A stretch of 41,279 nt of DNA from an uncultured Clostridia bacterium (lineage in GTDB: Bacteria > Bacillota > Clostridia > UBA1381). Shown piece after piece: positions 21,901 to 33,900 of this stretch (the stretch's first letter is position 1; the number at the start of each line of letters is the position of its first letter). Location: contig CATJNN010000208.1 in NCBI GenBank assembly GCA_949742185.1, positions 1 through 41,279 on the forward strand, read 5' to 3'. Position numbers and translations under genes: made by a program. The notes below the pieces were generated by a model. It did not search any database. It was not told the origin of the DNA and saw nothing but the letters and a program-made list of their open reading frames with translations.

Positions 21901-24900
21901 GCTTAATCGTCATTGTCTCAAGTTTAACTCTCGCATTTGAATCCGCAGCCACAAGATTTGCGTCTATAGGCTTAACAAGCGGATTCTTAAGATACGTAGC
22001 CGTTCCGCTTATAATAGGTACATTCTCGCCCGCGCCCTGGCTTATAACATTTACCGTAAGGTCTGTATTTATCGCCACGCGCGTAATTCTGAGCGTATAC
22101 TCTGCGGTTGTTTTTCCGTCTGACGCGGTAACAACAATCGGTATATCCACAACAGAATTTGTGCCTAATGCAAGATGGTTAGACGTACCCGCGCCTGTAG
22201 CAGCGTCGAGAGTAAGGCTCACGCCTCTTACCATTATATCCGTTACCGAGCTGCTGGTCGGAACAACCGTAACAGCGCTGCCGGATACAGTGTTAGGTAT
22301 CTTAATCTCAAATACATTATCTACAGGACCCTTAGCCGTACGCGTTATCGTGCCGTTATATTCATATGTAACGTCAACGCGCATTACGGTTGCGTCCTTA
22401 TCCTTAGTCTGAACTCTGATGTAGTATGTGGTGACAATTCCCGTTTCAGACTTGATATAAACCGGAATATCTATGCCGTCGGCAAGAACTCCGCCCGCAA
22501 GGCTGTAGTTATTCACAGACAGCTCATATGTGCTGCTGTATGACGCGCCGTTCGGACCTGCAGGAGACGTTATGCTGTCAACAGCCGCAACAGCTCCCTT
22601 ATTTGCCGCCGCAATCTTAATGTTTATGCTCTTCGTGCCGTCGTCCACAGACAGTATGTAGCGGTCCGCGTTGCTGTCATACGGCAGCGGAGCCGTGCTT
22701 TCGGTGATAACTCCGGCGCTCGCCTTAATATATCCCATGCCGGTATCATCAGACTTAACCTCTATCTTTACCTTATAGATTTCTTCGCCGCCCGCCTCGG
22801 ATATAACCTTGATATATATATAATCGCCGGTGAGCGAGCCTGCCGCAAAGCTTATCTGACCTATGTGCGGCGTTGCTGCCGCGTTAATATGAGCGTTAAC
22901 GTATGTTCCTTCATTGCCCGTTGTAGATAACAGAACCTTAGCCGACGCGGATTTCGCGGTAGCTTTTATGTATATAGTCTGATTGTTATCTATATCCTCC
23001 TGATCGATACCTACGCGGTAATGATAGTCTTCTCCCGTAACCGCCGTTACATTATAGTAACTGTCAATACTGTTTACATTCTTGAACGCTTCAACAGAAG
23101 CAAGACCGTTATCATCAGAAGCATACTCGATAACGAGCTTATACTGTCTTGTTATCTTCTTGCCGTTCGCATCCAGATATATACCGTCCGGAGCGACAAC
23201 ATAAATTGTTGTTTCCGTCTTGGTCGCGTTCGGCGGTGCAAGAAGCTGTACGCCGTCAATCTTAATACCCTTGTATCTTTCCGCGTTATCAGGATTTGTA
23301 TCGTCGGCAGACGCCGGATTTACATAATCCGCCGGCTTATAATCGCTGTCCGCGCCGACGTTCGCATACGCGCCCTTGTCGTTCGGATAAATGATTATAG
23401 TCGCGCCGTCCGCGCTGTACGGTACTCTTACTGTGAACGTGCCGTTTGCAAACGTCGCCTGATTTACAACAGACGTTGTCTGACCTGTTACGCCGAACGG
23501 GATATTCGTATTATCAGCATCCTGCAGAGATACCGACGTGTCGTTTGAACGTTTTGTGACTTTTACTTTATATACAGCCTTTGTTCCGTCCTCGGCTTCC
23601 ACACTGATAAAGTAAGTTCTCGGATTCGTGTACAGAATCTGATATTCCTCTGTCTCGTCGGTGTTCTTAGCGCCGTCCGGAATTGTCTGGTTATAACTTG
23701 TGTAAATCTTCACCTTCGCGTTCTTGTCGGCTTTCACCTTAAAGATTCCGGTTGTGTTATCCTTGCCGTCTTCTGAACGCGGAAGCACAAACGTGTAACC
23801 CGTCTCGGCGGAAGGCGCGGTCAGCTCTGTTACCGCCCAGCCCGCCTCGGACGTAATCCATTTGTCGTCGGCCGGTTCCTTATCCTCATCGCCGTCGTTA
23901 TCAAACGCAATTTTAACCTCTGTGCTGCCCGACATCTTAACCACGCGCAGCTTATGCGTACGTGCAGGATAGCCGCTGTTCTTAGGCGTTACGGTAATAT
24001 CGTATTCCTGCTCGTCCTGATACATCTCGGTTACAAGAGCTGCCGTTCCTGTGCCGGATACCGTTATAGCCGTGCCAGCGCTGTCCTCGCCGTCAATCTT
24101 AACGCCTGCTCCGGACGCGCCGGACTGAGCCGCTTTTGCTATAACGTTCATATCCGTTATCTCTTTCGCGACCTTAGCTACGTACATGCCTGTTTCCATA
24201 TCATATACAGCCGTATATGTAGTAAACAGATTATTGTCCATAACAACAATGTTGTTAAGACGGGTATCGCTGTCGTCTGTGTATATTCTTACAATATATT
24301 TTCTTGTCTTAGCGCCGGAGGTTATCTGAACCTCAACGTCCTTATACGGAGCTGTCTGCGGGTCTGTGAAGCCTGAAATATCTATTTCATGCGCGCTCAC
24401 GCCGTCCTCAGCGTCAAACACGTCTATCTTAACCTTAGCTCCGGCTTCAACCGTCGCCGCCGTAAGCTTAACCTTCTTGGTTCCCGCCGCAACCGCGTAT
24501 TCATACATACCGTCGTAGCCTGACGTCTCCGCTTTTACGCGAGCGAGCTTCTGGCTGTCGGCATATATAACCGGATCCTCTTCGTCGGACATTCTGCGGA
24601 TATTAAGCGTGTAGCTTACGCCGTTAATGCCGTTTACGGAAAGCTGAATGCTTGCCGTGTCAAGGCTGCCCGTAAGAGCAAGGTTCTCGTAACGTCCCGT
24701 TGTCTGGAACGTCTGATAACCGCCTGTGGTGTTAACCGTATAATTTACGTTTGTAATATCTTCATTATCGATATTACCCTTTGTCAACAGGTCAACCACA
24801 TCGATTGTTTCAGGAATTATAACCTCGTAGGTAAACGGATCGTCTACTGTGTACGCCGTGTATATTTCAGCGTCTTTGCCTTCTTCATCCTTATGTATAA

Positions 24901-27900
24901 CCTGTATGGACGAAGGCGTTGTAGCCTCGGACTTCTTGTAGATATACAGCTTGTAGCCCTCAGGGTCTCCGCTTTCGGCAAATACTGTTACGCTTACCTC
25001 CTTAACGCGATCCGCTTTCTCAATTACAATGCTCTGAATATCGAAGTTCGCGTCGTGCTTGGACTGAGCGGCATTTTCTGCTCCGTCCTGATGGTCTACG
25101 TTTACTATCTTGCCGTCTACGCGTATCTCCGCCGTTCCGACAGCCTCCGCGCGCACGTAAATTGTACGCGGCTGGTTAGCGTCCTGAGCCGGATCGTCGT
25201 CGTCTATAATTACATACCAATCGTTTGTCTCGCCTATTTGTTTTGCTTCAAGAGCGGTAGCTGCGGGATAAGCGCCGTGGTCTTTTGTATAATCAACCGC
25301 AGACGCGTCGTTATCATAGAAGTCTACAACCTGAATATACTTGAGCGTCGCGTCTGTCGAACGCCACTTAACCGCAAGCTTATACTTGCCGTGGTACTCG
25401 TTCTTGTGCAGACCATTCTCATCCGGCGTACTGCTCTGGTCGCCGTCGTTATCGAAGTAGATATAATACGAATCCAATGCTCTTCCGCTTACCGGAACAT
25501 TCTTAAATTCATAGTATCCAACCATTCTTCCGGAGGTGATTTCCGTCTTTGTTCCCAGCTCGTTTCCGGCTTTATCGCAAAGCTTTATCTTGTCTCCTGT
25601 AGCAGCGCCCGGCTTATCGTTCGATACAAAACTCTTTACATATACCGTAGCTGTTGTTTCATTATCAGCAAGCTCAACATATACAGCGTATACGCCATCA
25701 AGACCTACAAGCTTATAAACCGGATTATCCGGATCCGTGTTGTCTATCTGAATCTCGTCGCTGTCAAGATAGCCTCGGTCATAAGCAGTCTTAGCCTCCT
25801 GATATTCAGCTCTCTTGTTGCTGCCGTCCTTATCCTTAACGGATATAGCCTCGGCTCTTATCGAGCCTATTTCCTTAATCTCAACATTAACCTTAACCTG
25901 AGCTCCCGTGAGCTTATCCGTCACAACAAGAACTACCTTGCCTACCGAAGCCCCGTACAGAACCGCGGCGTCGTATGTCTTGCTTGAGTCGTCAGGATCC
26001 TGAAGCGTCTTGATTGTTACAGACGCTATGCTGTTTTCAGCAACAACGCCGCCCGCGGTATTCATACCCGGATTATTTTCAATAACCTCAGGCTCCGAGC
26101 CGTCTTCCGGCCATGTCTCAAACGACCATGTGTACAATGACGGATCTGTTGAAGCGGCGTCGTCAAATACATTAAATCTTTCAAACGATACCTCAAGAGT
26201 CTCCTCTTTGCCCTCCATTGTCGTTATAGACGGAGGCGAAACCTTAAAGCTTCTGTCGGATACCATTACAAAGTAGTTTTTATCCGCCTCAGCGTCACTC
26301 GTCCACTTGCTGCCGTTATCGTTATTTCCGAGCTGACCGTACATATTGCTTCCGGCAGCCCATACGAACCCGTCGTTCATAATCATATATGAAGACGAAC
26401 CGCCCGCGCTTACAGCTATAGCCGAGCCCATATCTTTCCATATAAGCGTGCTGCCCGACTCATCGTCGTCGGCAAACTTTTTGTCTATGTGCTCAATCTT
26501 TGTAGCCTTGCTTGTGTGGCTTGCGGCAGTGTACAGACCAAGACGTCCGTTTGAGGAAGCTCCCCATACATAAACGTTGCCGTCTGAATCAATCGCCATA
26601 TTATGAGCCGCGCCCACAGACACGTCAACGATATGCGGAGCCGTTCCGTCGGCAAACTGCAGCAGCGAAGCGGCTGTCGGGTCGGAAATAGTTCCTCCCA
26701 TTGTGCCGTTTCCGAGCTGACCGTAATCGTTAGTACCCCATGCAATCACTTTGCCGTTGTTAAGAAGCGCGATTACATGCGATTTTCCGTCATATGTCTT
26801 TATAACCTGACCGTCATAGCCGCCTACGCTTATCTGTACGGGAGTCGGGAAGTTCTTATCAGCAGAAGCGCTTATCTGATGATTATTGTTATCGCCCCAT
26901 CCCCATACTGTTCCGTCGTAGCGAACCGCTTTTGTGCTGTCGCCGCCGGCGCCTATGCTTATACCTATTACCTTATTTATACCCTGAACCTTTACAGGCG
27001 ATAATCTGCTTGTCTGCGAAGCCATGCCTATACCAAGCTGACCTGCGCCGTTAAAGCCCGACGTATAGAGATCGCCCGTCTTTGTCATAAACGTTGTGTG
27101 TCTTGTTCCGAGCGATACTCTTGATACCGCCGTCAAATCTGTAACCTGAACAGGCGAATACTGATTCTTTGTGTTGCCCAGACCAAGCTGTCCGCTGCTG
27201 TTCGCTCCCCATACATATACCTTTCCGTCTGAGGATACAGCCGCAGAGTGGTTTTCTCCAGCATATACGGACGTTATGTTCTTACCGTCAAGCAGGGTTA
27301 TCTGAACCGGCTTATCAACGAAGTCTGAAACCGCGCTGCCTACGCCGAGCTGTCCGTAGTTATTGCGTCCCCAAGCCCATACTGTGCCGTCTGCCTTGAG
27401 AACTATAACATGGCTCTGACCCGCCGCAATCATCGGCGCGTTCTCGTAATCGTCAGATATAACCGTTACCGTGCATATCGAGGTTATGCCGCCCTTTGTA
27501 ACAACAATCTGCGTTATACCCTCGCTCTCGCCTGTGATCGTACCCGTTCCGTCAACGCTTGCGATAGCCGCGTTTATAGAACTGAATGAAATAGAGTCGC
27601 TGTTTGTGTAGTTCTGATACAAGTTGAACTTATCTCCGGAATATGTAAACAGAGTATGCGTAGCGCCTTTCTTAACTGTAACGTCATATTCACGGATAAG
27701 CTGCTGTCTTTCGCCGATTTTAACCGGAACTGTGCTGTTTGTATCGTTAGGATCTATGCTTGCGTTGCCCTGTGAATAATCGCCGAAGCCGTATACAAAG
27801 CCGTCGCTGTCAAATACCACAGTGTAACCGGCGCCTGCCGACACTCCTGCCGCCTTTACGCCGTTCTTATTAATATTTGTATTCGGAACCGCCTGAGGCG

Positions 27901-30900
27901 CGTCGTCAGTTGTGCCTATTCCAAGCTGACCCGCGCTGTTTGCTCCGGTTACATAAAGCTTGCCGTCCTTGTCAATGAACATTGTGTAGCCATCGCCGGC
28001 AGAAAGTTCAGATACGGACGGAACCGCTCTGTCTGCAGGCATCTGCGCAGGCACTGACGTCTGCGTAAGCTCCGGTACTCCAAACTGACCGTGGTCGTTT
28101 GTGCCCGCAACATATATATTCTTGCTGTAGGTAAGCAGCATTGTATGGCTGCTTCCCGCGCCGACTTCAACTATCGGCTCTGTTACGCTCACTTCTTTAG
28201 GCGTATACTCGTTCGCCGCGCTGTTTGCCGCGCCGAGCTGTCCGCCCGCATTGCTTCCTGCAGCATACGCTTTTCCGTTTGCAAGCAGGTATACGCTGTG
28301 ACTGTCGCCCGCGAATACGCGCGAAACATTGCCTATTCCCACTCTTGCAGGTTTATTATATTTATTCTGCTGGTCTTCAGCGCCGAGCTGTCCGCGGTCG
28401 TTAAGACCCCAAGCCCACGCTTCGCCGTTTTTGTCAACAGCAAGGCTTGTGCCGTTGCCCGCAGCTATTGCGGTAACATTCTTCATATCCGCGTCGGATA
28501 CTTTTACAAAGACAAGGCTTTCCGCGCCGGCGCTCGGCTGACCGAGCTGTCCGTGGTTATTCTGTCCCACAGCCCAAACGCTTCCGTCCTCCGCAAGCGC
28601 GAGCGCATGACTGAATCCTGCCGCGACGTCTGTAAATTTAACCTTAACGCCGCTTTCGGAAGGAGTTACCTCAACAGGCTCGTCGCTGTGAACCCTGTCG
28701 CCTGTGCCGAGCTCGCCGTTATTGTTAACGCCCCATGCCCAAAGCGTGCCGTCAAACTTAACAGCAAGCGCATGCGTGCCGTTTGTAACGACCTTAGGAT
28801 CAAACACACCGTTCATTCCCGCTATAACAGGAACAACAACAACTCTTAAATATCCGCTCTTGAGCGTATACTTATCCTCGCTTACGCGGATATAAGCAGT
28901 TCCCGCGGTTTTAGCAGTTATAATTCCGCGGTCTGAGTCACTGTTTCCGACCGTTGCCGCCGGCTCGTTATTTGACTGATATTTAAACTCGTTTGTGTTT
29001 GTCGTATTGTTATATACGTTAAACGGTATAAATCCGCCCTGTATTTCAGCTGTCTGACCCTCTGCAAGGTAGATTGTGCCGTAAACGGGCTCCCAGACTC
29101 CGTTTACTTTTCTGGATATAACCATCTCGTTGCCGCCGACAACAACGGACGTATATCTGTCCATAAGTGTGCCGTCGCCGAGCTGTCCGTTATTATTGCG
29201 TCCAGACATCCAGACGTTACCGTTATCCTGAATGCTCATGAACGAATCATAACCGTTGCCTATAGATGTATTTGTGGTTACGCCTGTAGCTCTCGCCGGC
29301 TCAGCCTTATATGCTGCGGATGAATCGCCTATGCTAAGCTGACCATAGTTATTGCGTCCCCATGTGTATACGTTGCCGGCGCTGTCCATAGCCGAAGACG
29401 TATATCGTCCCGCGCCGATGTCTTTAATTCTGCTGAGATAGTCGCCGTCAACATCCTCCTGAACGCCCTTAACAACGCGTACCGGAGCCGCCGCGGAAGC
29501 CGGCTGATTGCTGCCTGTGCCAAGCTGACCATAGTTATTCTGTCCCACAGCCCAAACGTTTCCGTTAGCGTCGAGAGCAAGAACATGGTCTTCGCCCGCC
29601 GCTATCTTAATAATTGCAATCTCTCTGCCGTTCTCATCTTTATAACCTATAACCTTTTCAGGCGCGCCTGTTATATTATCCGCTATCTTCCATACAGTAC
29701 CGTCGTTTCTGAGCATGTACTGTCCGCTGATATCGGCCGCGTTTGTAAGCGAGCCAATCCGGGTTACAACGGAGCTGTCTCCAAGCTTTTCGCCGCCCGC
29801 GTACACATCGCCGTTTTCAGTTATTACAAATACCGTGTTATGCCATGAAGCGACCTTAGACGCTTTTATCGCAGTACCGAACGTTATTCCGCCGGCCATT
29901 TTAACTTCATAGGTTCCGGCAATTCCGTCGGTAATAAGACCTGTGACAAGCTGACCATGGTCGTTAGCTCCCCATGAGTACACTTTGCCGCCTTCAGTAA
30001 CAGCGTAGGTCGCTCTCTCGCCTGCCGCTATGTATACGACGGACGGCTGATTATCCGCCGGCTCGTTCGTATCAAATATTACCTGGCCTATACTGCCGCT
30101 GTCAGCGCGTCCAAGCTGCTTGGCAGCGTCGCTGCCCCATGTCCACACAGTGCCGTCAGACTTAAGCGCCGCTGTATGGTTCTCTCCCATAACAACCATC
30201 GGATAAGCCTTTCCGCCTCTTACAACCACAGTAATGTAGCCCTCGGCTCCCGAATCTGTCTTGGTGAGCTTAAGCACCGCCGTACCCGGCTGAACGCCGT
30301 AAATTGCTGTCCCGTTCGACGAAGATACCTTGAGGAATCTCTCGTTCATAGATGTGAGAGTATAGTCGTTTGTCGCCGTACCGTTGAGAAGAAGGTTAAG
30401 TCCTTCCGACTCGTTTACCGTAAGGGTATTGCTTGCTTTAACATCAAGAGCGGAAGCCTCGCTGCTGTGCAGAGGTATATCAATATATACGGTCTGCGGA
30501 ACTATTGAAAGCTGTTTTCTTCCTGCCATAACAGGTACATACGAATCAGACGTATCCTCGTTTCCGAGCTGACCGTCTTCATTTTTACCGAAGCTCCATA
30601 CAAATCCGTCATTCTTAATGCTTACAGTATGGCTCGCGCCCGCTTCAACCGCTATTATATTTTCATAGCCGCTGTGCGAAAGCTTTTTCGGTTTGTTTAT
30701 TTCTGTGTTTATAAGCTCGCTTCCCGCTTTGCCGAACGCCGCGCTTCCCCATGTATACACGTTTCCGTTTGTATCCACGGCAACACTGTAACGGTCGCCC
30801 GCCGAAATGAGCTTAATATTATTAAATACGTCGCCGTCTTCAGTCTGGGTTATCTGAGCGGGGTCTGTTCTTCCCGCTTTATCAAAGTTACCAAGCTGAC

Positions 30901-33900
30901 CGCGCGTGTTATCGCCCCATGACCATACAACACCGTTCATATCCAGAGCAAGCGTATGGTTTCCGCCCGCCTGATTATATGTGTCCGCGTCGTACTCTCC
31001 GCTCGACGACAGGCGCGCAATCTGCGGCAGACCCGTTTTCTTCTCGGCAATCGGATTTGCGTTTGTAATTACAGACCAGACTGTAGCGTCAGCCTTAAGA
31101 GCGTAGCCGCCTGAAATATCGACTACCTTGCCTAAAAGACCGAGTTTAACCGGAACGCTTCCATAGTCTTTGCCGAACGCATACGCGTTTCCTTCAGCGT
31201 CGATAACAAAGCTGTTGTTATCGGAGGCGGTTATGCGCGCCGCCGCAAAGTCTGTATTAATCTTAACAGGCGAAAGCTGCGAAGGAGCCGCCGCGCTTGT
31301 GAGCTGACCGTTTCTGTTATCGCCCCATACCCACACGTCGCCCGCGGAATCTATTGCCAGCGCATACTCGTCGCTTGCCGCAATGGCTGTTATATATTTA
31401 GAGCTGTCGTCAAAGCTGAAGCTTATCTTCTTAGGCGAAATATCGCGCTTGCCGTTTCCGTCGCCAAGCTGACCGCGTCCGTTAGCGCCCCATGTATAAA
31501 CCGTGCCCGCTTTATCAAGAGCAACCGTGAAGTTGCTTCCGGAAGCAATCTGAATCTTCGCCTTGTTTGAAGCGTCGTTTTTGATTACGGTGATATAGCT
31601 CATAGCCGTAACCGTGCTGCCCGAACCGTCGTTAGCGGTGACAACAATTACCGTGTCGCCCTCCGCGTTAGCCGTAATAAGACCGCTGCTGTTTACGGAA
31701 GCAACGCCCGTATCAAGAGACGTCCATGTAAGAGCTACAGTATTGTCGTCTTCCTTTATAACGTTAAGAGCTCTCTTAAACTGTGCGGATACCTGCTCTG
31801 TTGTGCCCGCAGTCATTGTTCTGTGATATTTATCAAGTTTTATATAGTTTTCTCCGGTCTTAACAGGAACTTCCTTAAGCGTCACCGACAAATCACCGAG
31901 CTGACCGCTGCTGTTCGCGCCCCAGCTCCATACCTGACCGTCCTCGGTCGCGCCGCCGGAATTGCCCGCGCCCGCGCCGACTGTAAGCCAGCCCTTGCCA
32001 GCCTGAGGAGACGCTATCTCGGCAGCCGTTGAAATCACGCCGCCGCCCGAAGCTATATTTGTGAGCTGATTAGTAGCGTTGCTGCCCCAGCCGTAGAGCT
32101 TTCCATCGTTTGACAGAGCCATAAGCTGAGTTGTTATACGCTTGCCGCTGTCTTCAGCCACAGATTTTCCTATAACTACCGATTTAATGTTTGCAAGCGG
32201 AAGATTCTTATTTGTACCCGAATCGCGCTGCGGTCCCAATACTACAACCGGTTCACGCGCCAGAGTAACGTCCGGAGCCATGTAGTCCAGATTTGCAATC
32301 TGTCTGCTTGTATTATCGCCCCATACGTACACATTGCCGTCTTTTGTTACAGCCGCCGCGTTATACGCGCCCGCAGCTACAGACGATATGTTTTCTATTG
32401 AGCTTACGGATACTATTGAAGCGCTGTATTCATCCTCCGAGCCGCTGCCCAGCTGGCCGCGCGTGTTGTCTCCCACGCTCCAGAGGCTGCCGTCGGCGAG
32501 CATAATAAGCGTCGTATTCGCGCCTGCCGCCGCAGTTACAGCGTTATTTACATAGCCGTTTCCGCCCACGCCGGACATTACCGCCGGCATGAAGTTTTGA
32601 CTGTTGTTCGGAGCGCCGTGTCCGAGCTGGCCGCGCGTATTGCTTCCCCATGTATATATGTTTCCGTTATTGTCTATTGCAGCGCTGTGCATTGCGCCCG
32701 CCGCAATATCCGCTATTATCTCGTTATTCGCCGCGTCCGCAAGCGTTGCAATCTTAGACGGCATATTTATAACGCCGCTCTGAACCGCGCTTGCGCCGAG
32801 CTGACCGTAACGGTTATTACCCCACGCGTATACCTCGCCGTATTCCGTGAGCGCGAGAACAAACTGATCGCCTACGGCTATCTTTGTTATTCTTTCAACC
32901 TGATTGCCGGCCGCGTCTTTTTCAACCGCCTGCGGAGTAACGGACATACCGCCTGTTGTGCCCATGCCAAGCTGACCTGAGGAGTTGTCTCCCCATGTCC
33001 AAACTTTACCGTCCTGCGTAAGCGCAGCTCCGAAGCCGTTTCCGTAGAGAACCTGCGGATTTGTGAAGCCGTTTGTTACAATAACACGGCATGCCACGCT
33101 TCTGCCCGTTGTTAAATCTTTTAATATGATATATGTCTCGCCGATACCTGTAGGCGTAACGTTAGCTACTGTCTGATCGCCTGAGTTAACCAGAGCGACA
33201 GTCGCAACGTTATCGTTCATGCTTGACCAGTCAAGCTGAGCGTTTGTGCCTGCATTTGTGAACAGTGAGAATGTATTTGAGCCCACTGTCGCCGTAATCT
33301 TTGTATCTGTATTAAGCGATGTGTCGTCGAGCCTTAACCGCATTGTCTTTTTATCGATAACCACAGGCGCGCTGCCGGCAATTACCGGATATGTGCTGCT
33401 CTGCGTTGTGCCATTACCGAACTGACCGCCGTTATTATTACCCCACGCGAACACGCGTCCCTGAGTATTTGCCGCGAACGTGTGCAGAGCGTATGGATTT
33501 GCGCCGTTTGTGTACGCGCTCACGAGCATCATTTCATCTATAGGATTGTTGGATGTGTTGGAGCGCATAACTTTAACCGGACTGTCTTTACGCGCAGTCG
33601 AGCCGTCGCCGAGGTTACCGTTCGGGTTAAAGCCCCAAGCCCAGATTGTTCCGTCCTGAGCAAGAGCTTCTGTATAGCGGAAGCCTGCCGTAACTGAAGC
33701 TATACCTGAAAGCGGTTTTGATGTATCCGGATTTACAGCCGCTGTCGGATAAACATTGGCGTTATTGCCGGTGGTCGTGCCGCTGCCGAACGCTCCGTTG
33801 CCGTTATAGCCTACAGACATTACTCTGTCAATGAACATATCCGTAGTAGACGGATCAACAGAAGATGTTCCGAGACTGTAATCATATTCGTATACATTGA

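Noticed and set aside
24893-25987. 364-aa plus-strand ORF
   Set aside because: Same reasoning: it is in the codon-aligned antisense frame of the giant gene, has low-complexity R/L/V/I/C/Y composition, and there is no intergenic space for its own signals.
28091-28849. 252-aa plus-strand ORF
   Set aside because: It is a codon-aligned antisense shadow across propeller 9. Its sequence mirrors the RCC1 periodicity (repeated ...AELS..V...P.P... segments are the complement of G-Q-L-G blades), not an independent protein.
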